Of a DNA stretch of 64,000 nucleotides, positions 54,215-62,533 are shown in pieces. The DNA comes from a virus. The notes under the pieces are model-generated. The model worked only from the letters and a program-made list of their open reading frames with translations, was not told the DNA's origin and made no database searches. Both the position numbers and the translations under genes were made by a program. The first letter of the stretch is position 1. Each line of letters starts with the position of its first letter. The stretch is taken from IMG/VR virus record IMGVR_UViG_2931133163_000006. One strand, 5' to 3'.

Positions 54215-55053
54215 CAAAGCTCAGACCAATCGCCGCCCTGAACTTTCCGGACATCCAGCCGGACGCCGAACTCGGTCCGGCGCCGCAACTGCGGCTGGTG
54301 TCCCCGACCGATCTCCTGGTCGACGAGACCTATCAGCGGGATCTGTCGCCCCAGTCGGTCCAGCTGATCCGCCGCATCGTCGGGTCCTGGCGCTGGCGGG
54401 CGTTCAAGCCGCCGATCGTCGTGTCGACTGAGGAAGGCCTTCACGTCATCGACGGTCAGCACACCGCGATCGCGGCCGCGACGCACCCGGAGATCCAGGA
54501 GATCCCGGTGCTGATCGTCGAGGCCGCGGACCGGCAGAGCCGCGCCGAGTCCTTCGTCCGGCACAACCGTGACCGCCTCCAGGTCACCGGCACACAGATG
54601 CACCATGCCCTGGTGGCGGCCGGCGATGAGACGGCGCTGACCATTGAGCGCGTCTGCCAGCGCGCCGGCGCTCGCGTCGTCCGTTACGCCACAACGAGCG
54701 ACCGCTGGCTCGTCGGTGACACGATGGCGGTGGAGGCCCTGCGCGCCCTGGTCAACCGCCGACACGCCCGGGGTGCTCGCGAGGTCCTGCAGGTCTGCGT
54801 CGAGGCCCGCATGGCGCCCGTGACCGCAGCGTTCCTCAAGGCGGTCGAGGCGATGCTGTTCGCCCCGGAGTTCACCGGCGCCGTTCTGGCTGCCGACATC
54901 GCCACGACGATCCGCGCGATGGGCCCGCAGGCCGAGAAGGAAGCCGTCGTGCTCGCGGTCGCCCAGCGCCTCCCGCGGTGGCGCGCGCTCGCTGCCATCC
55001 TTTTCCGCAACACCAGAAAGGTCCGGAGCCATGGACGTCGAGCGGCGGCTTGA
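54211..55053 (+). CDS. ParB/Srx-like N-terminal domain protein (DGQH motif)
   Basis: L.VD..YQRDLS...I....F.P..V.......VIDGQHT. Confidence 0.75.
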   Translation: MTKLRPIAALNFPDIQPDAELGPAPQLRLVSPTDLLVDETYQRDLSPQSVQLIRRIVGSWRWRAFKPPIVVSTEEGLHVIDGQHTAIAAATHPEIQEIPVLIVEAADRQSRAESFVRHNRDRLQVTGTQMHHALVAAGDETALTIERVCQRAGARVVRYATTSDRWLVGDTMAVEALRALVNRRHARGAREVLQVCVEARMAPVTAAFLKAVEAMLFAPEFTGAVLAADIATTIRAMGPQAEKEAVVLAVAQRLPRWRALAAILFRNTRKVRSHGRRAAA

Positions 55054-55411
55054 AGTGGTGGAGCAGGAGAACCTGCTCTTGCGCGAACGCATCGCCTTTC
55101 TGGAGGCGATCCTGATCGACTGCGCGCGGCTGCCCGTCGAGTGGGGCCTGACGCAGCAGGAGACGCGGGTCTTCGGGACGCTCGTCAACCGTGAGGTCGC
55201 GACAAAGGATGCCGTGATGGCGGCCCTCTACAGCGACCGTGCGGGCTCCGAGGGCGAGATCGAGCCGAAGATCGTCGACGTCTTCGTCTGCAAGATCCGC
55301 AAGAAGCTGAAGCCCTTCGGCATCGAGATCCGGACGGTCTGGGGCCAAGGCTACGCCCTCAAGCCGGACATCAGATCGGCCTACCGGCACGCCTCCAAGG
55401 CGGCCGCGTGA
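55031..55411 (+). CDS. Receiver-less OmpR-type winged-helix protein, CtrA-like DNA-binding domain
   Basis: LT..E..V...L....T...M..LY...EPKIVDVFVCKIRKKL...IRTVWGQGY; N-terminal heptad repeat. Confidence 0.8.
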   Translation: MDVERRLEVVEQENLLLRERIAFLEAILIDCARLPVEWGLTQQETRVFGTLVNREVATKDAVMAALYSDRAGSEGEIEPKIVDVFVCKIRKKLKPFGIEIRTVWGQGYALKPDIRSAYRHASKAAA

Positions 55412-55614
55412 TGGCCGACACACTCGCCGCTGCGCTCCCCCGCGAGATGGTCCGCGTCACCAAGATCGCCGGCCAGTACCGACAGGTCGAGATGGGCTTC
55501 ATCGCCGCCGCCCTGATGGAGGCGGCTGTCGAGCGCGGACAGAAGGCGATCGAGTCCGGCGACCTCACCGAGATGATCCGGGCCTACCACGACCTGAAGG
55601 GGTACGAGCTGTGA
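55408..55614 (+). CDS. Hypothetical phage protein
   Basis: LP.EM.RV...Y...A..A...GD...MI..Y..LK. Confidence 0.6.
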   Translation: MMADTLAAALPREMVRVTKIAGQYRQVEMGFIAAALMEAAVERGQKAIESGDLTEMIRAYHDLKGYEL

Positions 55615-55970
55615 GCGACCGCGTCGTACCCCAGCCGCGCGACTTCATCGCGACGCTTCCCCGCCTGCGCCTCACCCCTCAGCAGTTCGAGGACCTGCGC
55701 GACTACAGCGCCAGCTACCCGACGGGCACGACCCCCGGGAAGATGTGGCGGCGCCTCGATGGCGCATTCGACCACGCCTTCATCCGAGCCGGCGGCAAGC
55801 CGTACTGGATGGTGATGCAGTATGATCCGGCGGCGCCCTCCGACGCCGAGATCGAGGCCATGAAGGCACGCGGCGAGCCGGTGCCGACGCGGATCAGCAT
55901 CCTGCGGTTCAAGCCGGTCATCGTGCTCCGCGCCGACTCGCGGCCCTCAGCTACTCAGGTCGCAGCATGA
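55611..55970 (+). CDS. Hypothetical protein
   Basis: L.DYS.S.PTG...GKMWRR. Confidence 0.55.
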   Translation: MSDRVVPQPRDFIATLPRLRLTPQQFEDLRDYSASYPTGTTPGKMWRRLDGAFDHAFIRAGGKPYWMVMQYDPAAPSDAEIEAMKARGEPVPTRISILRFKPVIVLRADSRPSATQVAA

Positions 55971-56359
55971 CCCGCCGCGCCCCCATTCTCCCAACGCCGA
56001 CCATGCAGGAGCGCGCCGACGCGGCGATCGCCGCCCGCGTCCTGGCCGCCGCGGCCGCTGATCCGTCGACCCGGGGCGAGCGCAGCGTCGCCTTCTTCGA
56101 TTTCAGCAACCCGCGCCGGGGCGAATGTCACGTCACCTGGGCGAACCTGCCCGGCTTCCTCCAGGTCAACGACCGCTTTCAGCACGCCTGCCTGCCCGGC
56201 TGGGAATACACGAAGGCCGAGGTCGAGTTGGAGATGATCCCGGACCTGCGGGCTTTGGCCGAGCACGGCGTGCGGCCGGCCGTGGCGACGAACGGCAAGC
56301 CCACCACCGGTGATCTGTTCGGGGTCCTTTTCGCCACGCCAGTTGAGGGTTCGCGCTGA
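55967..56359 (+). CDS. Hypothetical protein
   Basis: Coupled ORF. Confidence 0.55.
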   Translation: MTRRAPILPTPTMQERADAAIAARVLAAAAADPSTRGERSVAFFDFSNPRRGECHVTWANLPGFLQVNDRFQHACLPGWEYTKAEVELEMIPDLRALAEHGVRPAVATNGKPTTGDLFGVLFATPVEGSR

Positions 56360-56781
56360 TGCCGGAGATCTCCGAACTCTTGGCACGCCCAGCGCCCGAG
56401 CGCTTCGACGGCGCTGAGGCCTGGTCGAAGCTGCCGCCCGACGTCCAAGCCGAGATCGGCGCGATCGCGCTGGAAATGGCGGCCGCCAACAGCCTCCACG
56501 ATCGGTGCTGCCAGGACGATCTGCCGGAGATCTACCACCGCGCCGGCGATGCTGCGGTGGTCGAGCTGTGGCGCGATCTTCAGGCCGTGACGTCCGATGC
56601 GCTGCCCGAAGGGGTCTTCGAAGCCTCGGACGGGCGGCTGCCCCGCATCCCCGCGCTCCTCGGCGGCGTGTGCCGCGTCTGCGGCTGCTCGCAGAACGAT
56701 GCCTGTGACGAAGGCTGCGGCTGGGTGGCCGAGGACCTGTGCACGGCCTGCGTCGCCATCGGAGGGCACGATCATGGGTGA
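56359..56781 (+). CDS. Hypothetical protein with C-terminal zinc ribbon
   Basis: CRVCGCSQNDAC..GC.WV..DLCTAC. Confidence 0.65.
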   Translation: MPEISELLARPAPERFDGAEAWSKLPPDVQAEIGAIALEMAAANSLHDRCCQDDLPEIYHRAGDAAVVELWRDLQAVTSDALPEGVFEASDGRLPRIPALLGGVCRVCGCSQNDACDEGCGWVAEDLCTACVAIGGHDHG

Positions 56782-57007
56782 GCCCGAGCGCTTCATCACC
56801 AGCGCCGCCCTCAGCCGCGGCGCACAGGAGAAGATCGAGGCGATGAAGGAGCAGCTGCTCATCGCCTTCGTCAACCGGCTCGGCGGCTCGCTCACCCTAC
56901 CGGTCGACGAGATCAACGGCACGGACGCCTTCCACTTCGTCATCGGGGCCGACGCTGCGGCCGGGATCTTCACGTTCCGCGTCGTGCGGAAGGAGGTACG
57001 GCAATGA
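56774..57007 (+). CDS. Hypothetical protein
   Basis: KEQLLI.FV.RLGG...PV.EI. Confidence 0.55.
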   Translation: MGEPERFITSAALSRGAQEKIEAMKEQLLIAFVNRLGGSLTLPVDEINGTDAFHFVIGADAAAGIFTFRVVRKEVRQ

Positions 57008-57393
57008 CCCTCACCCCGAACCGCGACGCAGTGCGCACGGCTGCCGCAGAGGCCCGCGAGCGCCACGCCACCGTCATCGCCCGGGACGACGCGTCCGGCA
57101 TCGGCATGCGCATGGCGATCGAGGCGGCCGAGGCGATCGTCGGCGGCACGGCCGACATGACCGATCGAGAGATCCCGGTAGAGGCGATCTACCCGCAGGT
57201 CAGCATGGCCGCCGGACACGCGTTGACGGCGTTCCTGATGACCATCGCGCGGGGCGACGTGAACCTCGCGGCGAGCTTCCTGCCGGGGCTGCTGGCGTCG
57301 GTCCAGGAATGCGCGCTCGTCCGTCTTCAGGACGGGCCGGAGGCCTTTGCGCAGAGCTTCGCGGAGATCCAGCATCCGGCGGGGCGGGCATGA
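57004..57393 (+). CDS. Hypothetical protein
   Basis: Coupled ORF. Confidence 0.5.
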   Translation: MTLTPNRDAVRTAAAEARERHATVIARDDASGIGMRMAIEAAEAIVGGTADMTDREIPVEAIYPQVSMAAGHALTAFLMTIARGDVNLAASFLPGLLASVQECALVRLQDGPEAFAQSFAEIQHPAGRA

Positions 57394-57641
57394 GACCGCT
57401 CAACACGCGTCAACTCGGCGTCCTGCGCGCCGCCCCGATCGGCGTCGACGATGCCTCCGGCGGCGATCCCTACAAGGGTGGTCGCTTCACCTACCACGGG
57501 GCGGATGGCCGGGTCGCACGCGGCCTCTGGCTCTCAGGACACCTCGAATACCGGCAGGTCGGGTTCGGTGGGCAGGGCGGGTTGCTGACGCTTTCGGCCG
57601 CCGGCCGCGCCGCCCTCGCGACGGAGGCCGCCCGTGGCTGA
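57390..57641 (+). CDS. Hypothetical protein, possible winged helix
   Basis: ATGA overlap. Confidence 0.45.
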   Translation: MRPLNTRQLGVLRAAPIGVDDASGGDPYKGGRFTYHGADGRVARGLWLSGHLEYRQVGFGGQGGLLTLSAAGRAALATEAARG

Positions 57642-58506
57642 GAACAGCAAGATCGAGTGGACCCATCACACGATGAACTTCTGGCTCGGCTGCACGGCGC
57701 TGAGCCCCGCATGCGACCACTGCTATGCCGAGGCCTGGGCGAAGCGCACCGGCAACGCGGCCCTCTGGCAGGGCGCGCGTCGCCGTACCAGCGCCGCGCT
57801 GTGGCGGCAGCCGGCGAAGTGGGATGCCGCCTGCACCGCGGCCGGCATCCGCCATCGCGTGTTCACCAACTCGCTCGCCGACTTCTTCGACAACCAGGTC
57901 CCGGCCGAATGGCGGCATGACGCCTGGGCCGTGATCGCCGGCGCCCGGCACCTCGATTGGATGGTGCTGACGAAGCGACCGGAGAACATCGCGAAGATGC
58001 TCCCGGTGATGGACAGCTCGGCGCCCGGCTACCGGCCGTGGAACGAGCGCTGGCCGTGGCGGAACGTCTGGCTCGGCACGACGATCGAGGACCGGGCGCG
58101 CCTGCGCCGCCTCGACAAGCTGCGTGCGGTCCCCGCCGCGGTCCGCTTCCTGTCGGTCGAGCCGCTGCTGGAGGACCTAGGCGAGCTGGACCTGTCCGGC
58201 ATCCACCTCGTCATCGTCGGTGGCGAGAGCGGCGGGAAGGCGCGTCCAATGCAGGCCGAATGGGTCCGCGAGATCCGGGACCAGTGCGCTGAGCAAGGTG
58301 TGCCGTTCTTCTTCAAACAGCACGGCGACTGGATCGACGTGGGCCAGCTCCGACACCTCAACGCTTGGACCGGCGGCCCTGGCTTCGGTGCCTTTGATCA
58401 CTGCCGCTTCGACATGGAGGCTCAGTGCCTGCGGATCGGCAAGAAGGCCGCCGGCCGCCTCTTGGATGGCGTGGAGCACAACGGCTTCCCGGAGGCGCGA
58501 TCCTGA
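57634..58506 (+). CDS. DUF5131 (phage gp37/gp68 family) protein
   Basis: SKIEWT..T.N.W.GC...SP.C.HCYAE, F.NS..D.F, LTKRPE, RFLS.EPLL, VIVGGESG..ARPM, FFKQ.G. Confidence 0.92.
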   Translation: MAENSKIEWTHHTMNFWLGCTALSPACDHCYAEAWAKRTGNAALWQGARRRTSAALWRQPAKWDAACTAAGIRHRVFTNSLADFFDNQVPAEWRHDAWAVIAGARHLDWMVLTKRPENIAKMLPVMDSSAPGYRPWNERWPWRNVWLGTTIEDRARLRRLDKLRAVPAAVRFLSVEPLLEDLGELDLSGIHLVIVGGESGGKARPMQAEWVREIRDQCAEQGVPFFFKQHGDWIDVGQLRHLNAWTGGPGFGAFDHCRFDMEAQCLRIGKKAAGRLLDGVEHNGFPEARS

Positions 58507-58739
58507 TGGCGCTCCTTCGCTGCCCCCACTGCCGCCATCCCCTCGATATGACCGATGTCGAGGTCTACGGGCGCTTCACGACCCTGCATGGTGACGACGG
58601 TCCGGTTGCGACCGAATGCGACGACTGCGGTCAGACCTTCTACGTCCAGGAGTACGTCAACCGCACGTGGTCGGTCGGCGTCGATGCGGATGCGGCTGCG
58701 GATCTGCTCGCCCCGTTTGTCGATGGGGTCGGCGCATGA
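58506..58739 (+). CDS. Zinc-finger small protein
   Basis: CPHC ... CDDC. Confidence 0.6.
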   Translation: MALLRCPHCRHPLDMTDVEVYGRFTTLHGDDGPVATECDDCGQTFYVQEYVNRTWSVGVDADAAADLLAPFVDGVGA

Positions 58740-59416
58740 AGCCGGCCGCGCCCCCGATCGGCGTCGCCGAGGATGCTCGCGGCATCGTCGTGAGCCTGCC
58801 GCCGCGCTTCTGGCTGCTGGTCAGCCTGCGCAAGCTCTTCCGGCGCATGCTGCCCGAGCCGATGGCCTGGACGTACCGGCTGCCGCGGACGATCGGCGCA
58901 GCGAAGCGCGTCGAGGTCTGGATCTCTGAGGTCGAGCTGCAGGTGCGCGCCGAGGAGCGCCGACGCGCCTGGACCGCGTCTGACGCGGAGTGGCACGACA
59001 CCCCTCAGCCCACGCCCGCGGCGCCGATCGCCGCCGAGCCCGTGGTCGTCACGCTCCCGACGGAGGAGACCGGCCCGTCCGTCCTGGACCTGCTGCGCAG
59101 GCTCAACGAGGGCGCGACCATGGTGGCGACGATCGAGGAGGACGGCGTGCGCCGGTACCGCCTCGAGCCGCGCGGCTACCTCGTTCGGACCACGGTCGCC
59201 GAGCGCGCGATCCGCGAGCGCCTGGTCGCGCCCGGCAACGACGGGCTCCTCGGGCCCGACTTCTCGCAGACCTGGCGAGCACCGACCCGCGAGGAGGTCA
59301 CCCGAGCCGAGCCGCGACCAACGAAAGCCAAGGGCAAAACCAAGGCCCCGACCAAGCGTCGAGCCCCCCCCGGCGGAGCTCTGCATCATCCGTCGACCAT
59401 CACCCGTAGCGTCTGA
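58736..59416 (+). CDS. Hypothetical protein
   Basis: Coupled ORF; L..L..DGL.G...SQTW. Confidence 0.5.
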   Translation: MKPAAPPIGVAEDARGIVVSLPPRFWLLVSLRKLFRRMLPEPMAWTYRLPRTIGAAKRVEVWISEVELQVRAEERRRAWTASDAEWHDTPQPTPAAPIAAEPVVVTLPTEETGPSVLDLLRRLNEGATMVATIEEDGVRRYRLEPRGYLVRTTVAERAIRERLVAPGNDGLLGPDFSQTWRAPTREEVTRAEPRPTKAKGKTKAPTKRRAPPGGALHHPSTITRSV

Positions 59417-59428
59417 GGAGGTCCGTCC

Positions 59429-59788
59429 ATGCCGTCGCCGTCTCTCATTCACGCCGCCCGTCATGCCCCACATGCGCGCGCCGAGATCTTCCGCATGGCC
59501 CGCTTCATGGTCGAGCAGAAGAACGGCCCGGAGGGCGCCTGCACCATCGCTCACCTGTTCCAGAAAGGCTGGACGGAGGCGGAGGTCCATGCCTACCGCG
59601 ACCCCGCCCGCGCGCTCATCCGAGGGCTGCCGCTGACGGGAGATCCGCCCGGCCGGCGCGAGGCCGAGGCGGCGGTAGAAGCCGTCCGGGAACTCCGGTT
59701 CGCGCGGGTGGCCGAGCGCTACCTCGCGCGGCGCGCTTGGGCGCCGCCCGTGATCTGGGAGCAGCCTGCGCCGGACGCCGTGTCGTGA
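59429..59788 (+). CDS. Hypothetical protein
   Basis: GAGGAGG RBS. Confidence 0.55.
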   Translation: MPSPSLIHAARHAPHARAEIFRMARFMVEQKNGPEGACTIAHLFQKGWTEAEVHAYRDPARALIRGLPLTGDPPGRREAEAAVEAVRELRFARVAERYLARRAWAPPVIWEQPAPDAVS

Positions 59789-60114
59789 AGACCGCCCTCA
59801 TCATCCTGCGCGCCGACGGCAACCGCGAGGACCGCGACGTCGACATGGCCGGCGACCCCGGCCTCGCCGAGCTGCGCGACGTCCTAGAGCCGATCCTGGC
59901 CGGCCGGCCCGAGCATGTGGCTGTCCTCCATGACGGCAGACGCGCCGACATGTTCGTCCACGAGGACGGGCACGGCGCGGGCCTGCCCCGCAACGAGGCG
60001 GCGACGAAGATCTACCGCGCCTCGTGGCTGTCGCGGCACCCGTCCGATCACCCCGAAACTCTGCCCTGGATCGCCGGCACCGCCGTCGTCTTCGGCCGCA
60101 TCGTGTGGAGCTGA
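59785..60114 (+). CDS. Hypothetical phage protein (DUF3846-like)
   Basis: M.V.E.G....LP.N..AT..Y......I.G..V. Confidence 0.55.
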   Translation: MKTALIILRADGNREDRDVDMAGDPGLAELRDVLEPILAGRPEHVAVLHDGRRADMFVHEDGHGAGLPRNEAATKIYRASWLSRHPSDHPETLPWIAGTAVVFGRIVWS

Positions 60115-60120
60115 CCCGCC

Positions 60121-60375
60121 ATGGCCTGCGACTGCATCGCCACCATGAACACCGCTCTGGCGGAGCGGAACACCGAGATCCAGCCGACGATCATCTTTGG
60201 CACGGAGGAGCGCCCGGGGTTCACCTGCGTCACCATCGTGACGGAGAAAATCAAGGCGCGCGGCCCGCGGGCGGCGGTGCCGCTCCCGAGCTTCTGCCCG
60301 TTCTGCGGGACGGCCTACGCCTTCACGGATGCCGATGGCGACGCCGGCGGCTCGCACGGGCAGGTGGCGGCATGA
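60121..60375 (+). CDS. Cys-rich small protein
   Basis: MACDC ... FCPFCG. Confidence 0.6.
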   Translation: MACDCIATMNTALAERNTEIQPTIIFGTEERPGFTCVTIVTEKIKARGPRAAVPLPSFCPFCGTAYAFTDADGDAGGSHGQVAA

Positions 60376-60647
60376 CAGCGGGCCTGTCCACCGCATGCGA
60401 CGTCTCCTCGGCCGAGGGCGTCGCAGCCGATGAGCTGAAGCAATTCATCGAGCGCCTGGAGCGCCTCGAGGAAGAGAAGGCCGGCATCATGGGCGACATC
60501 AAAGAGGTGTTCGCCGAGCTGAAGGGCCGGGGCTTCGACGCCAAAGCCATCCGCACCATCCTGCAGGTGCGCAAGCAGGACCACAGCGAGCGCCAGGAGC
60601 AGGAGGCGATCCTCGAGCTCTACATGCAAGCGCTGGGAATGGCGTAG
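60372..60647 (+). CDS. gapR: GapR-like nucleoid protein (DUF2312/UPF0335)
   Basis: [33 protein letters not shown]...RK.D..ER.EQEAIL.LY..ALGM. Confidence 0.92.
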   Translation: MTAGLSTACDVSSAEGVAADELKQFIERLERLEEEKAGIMGDIKEVFAELKGRGFDAKAIRTILQVRKQDHSERQEQEAILELYMQALGMA

Positions 60648-60649
60648 CG

Positions 60650-61012
60650 ATGGTTGCCCCGCCCCCGATCGCCATCGAAGATCTCGACCGCGAGGAGCTG
60701 TTGCAGCTCATCAAGGTGCGGCTTCCCTTCAACCTGCGTCCTGCAGAGCTGTGGCGGGCGCGTTGGGACGTCCTCGCACGGCGTGCGCTGGAAGCCCGCG
60801 AGCGCGAACTGGAGGCCTTCTCGGCGTACGTCGCGGCCTTCGCGCCGATCGACCCTTCATCGGTCGCGCAATCCTTCGTCGACCCCATCGCAGTCCGCGA
60901 GCGCAAGCGGGAGGAGCGGGAGCGTGCCGATCGCGCGGCGAAACGTCTTGAGGCCGCCCGGGACCGGGCCTGGGACGCGCTGCAAGCCAGCCACGGAAGG
61001 ACTGCCGCATGA
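60650..61012 (+). CDS. Hypothetical protein
   Basis: Coupled ORF. Confidence 0.5.
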   Translation: MVAPPPIAIEDLDREELLQLIKVRLPFNLRPAELWRARWDVLARRALEARERELEAFSAYVAAFAPIDPSSVAQSFVDPIAVRERKREERERADRAAKRLEAARDRAWDALQASHGRTAA

Positions 61013-61344
61013 CTGAACGACTCGCGACACAGCGGAAGCGCTACCGGATGGGCGATCCGCTCCTGCCCTTCGTCGAAGGTAATATGGGCGCACTCAGAGT
61101 GCTCACCGATCTGTCGCAGAAGATCCAGGGCATGGATTTTATGATGTTCGTCCTCGACCTCGACGACATGAACATCCGGGGCGCTCAAATCTGGGTGGCT
61201 TACAAGGATGTTTGTAGGAATGACCTCGAAGCGCTGATCAAGCGCGTGAAAGGTCGGGATCCTACGCTCGCGGACGCCATCAACGACGTCATCCCCGAGG
61301 GGGAGCGAGCAGTACCGCATGGAGGAAGCTTTGCGCACCTCTGA
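61009..61344 (+). CDS. Hypothetical protein
   Basis: EGN.GA..VL...LDD.NIRG..IW..YKD.C..D. Confidence 0.6.
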   Translation: MTERLATQRKRYRMGDPLLPFVEGNMGALRVLTDLSQKIQGMDFMMFVLDLDDMNIRGAQIWVAYKDVCRNDLEALIKRVKGRDPTLADAINDVIPEGERAVPHGGSFAHL

Positions 61345-61552
61345 CGCTTCGCAGGATCCCATCAGCTGGGCACTGGCCGCCCGGGCGATCACCGGCGGCG
61401 TCGCGCTCCAGCTCGACCTACCGGGCCGCGATCTCGCCGTCGCGATCGACATGACCCGTGACGAGGCGCGCGCCTTCGCCCGGGCGATCCTGGCGGCCGC
61501 CGGCGACGCGACCGAGCGCACCTTCCCGCACCCGCAGATCCCGGAGGCGTGA
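61319..61552 (+). CDS. Hypothetical protein
   Basis: Short ORF, start uncertain. Confidence 0.45.
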   Translation: MEEALRTSDASQDPISWALAARAITGGVALQLDLPGRDLAVAIDMTRDEARAFARAILAAAGDATERTFPHPQIPEA

Positions 61553-61555
61553 GCC

Positions 61556-61828
61556 ATGTCCGAAGATCCCCAGCCCTTCGTGCACGTCTACCTCACCCCC
61601 GACCCGCTGTTCGCCGGCGAGATCCAGGAGGTCTGGGGCAAGGTCGTGGGCGACACCGTCCACTATGGCGCGTTCGGCTACTGCCTCGCCGGCGAAGGGC
61701 GCCAGTGGCATCGCCAGCGCTGGGCTGCGGAAAACTACGCGCGCCAGCTCCAGGCCGCGAAGCTCGCCGAGTTGCGTGCCGAGGTCGCCCGCATCGAGAG
61801 CTACCGCTTCGGGAGGCCGGGATCGTGA
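61556..61828 (+). CDS. Hypothetical protein
   Basis: Coupled ORF. Confidence 0.55.
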   Translation: MSEDPQPFVHVYLTPDPLFAGEIQEVWGKVVGDTVHYGAFGYCLAGEGRQWHRQRWAAENYARQLQAAKLAELRAEVARIESYRFGRPGS

Positions 61829-62214
61829 CCCGCCAGCGCGAAAGCGACGACTACGCGGCCGGCTACGCCGACGCCATGCGCGACGCGGCCGCTCGCAGCG
61901 CCAAGCGTGCGGTCGACCTCCACACTCGCGCCAGCATGCTGACCCGTGAAGCGAAATCGCTTCTCCGGCGGTCCGAGCAGCTGCGGGACGAGGCGGAAGC
62001 CTTCCACGACGCGGCGCAGAACGTCTGGGCGCAGTGGTCGGATCGGCGGAACTGGCCGGATGTGATGGCGCGGGTCGCTGATGCGCGAACCGGGCAAGCT
62101 GCGGCATCATCCAAGCCGACCCTCGCCCTCGGCGATCCGGAGCCACCGGCTGCTCCGGCGCTGCCGGCGGAGGAAGAGATGCGCCGCGCAGCCGGCCAAG
62201 CGTGGAGGGCGTGA
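61825..62214 (+). CDS. Hypothetical coiled-coil protein
   Basis: GTGA overlap. Confidence 0.45.
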   Translation: MTRQRESDDYAAGYADAMRDAAARSAKRAVDLHTRASMLTREAKSLLRRSEQLRDEAEAFHDAAQNVWAQWSDRRNWPDVMARVADARTGQAAASSKPTLALGDPEPPAAPALPAEEEMRRAAGQAWRA

Positions 62215-62215
62215 A

Positions 62216-62533
62216 GTGGGACGGCCGCAGCTCATCCCCGAGGTCGGCGACGTGCCTGTGGCGAAGGTGGCGTCGCGCATGGGGTTCGCCGGCGTGCGCG
62301 AGTTCGAGTCGGCGCTGCCCGAGCTGCGCCGGCGCGGCTTCCCTGCTGCCGACCCGACCTCCGGCCACTACTGCATCGAGGCGATCGACCGCTGGCGCCG
62401 GCGGCGTCATCCCGATCTCTTCCCCGAATTGACAGTCCTCGGCGAGGCGCGTGACGCTTCGGTCGCCAGACAGCGACTCGCGGAGAGACGAACCGGTGGG
62501 CACCGTGAAGATCCCCTACCTCGTCGTTCGTGA
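62216..62533 (+). CDS. xis: Excisionase-like DNA-binding protein
   Basis: VA.RMG....F...LP.L..RGFP..DP.SG.Y...AID.W; directly upstream of and overlapping the integrase. Confidence 0.6.
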   Translation: MGRPQLIPEVGDVPVAKVASRMGFAGVREFESALPELRRRGFPAADPTSGHYCIEAIDRWRRRRHPDLFPELTVLGEARDASVARQRLAERRTGGHREDPLPRRS

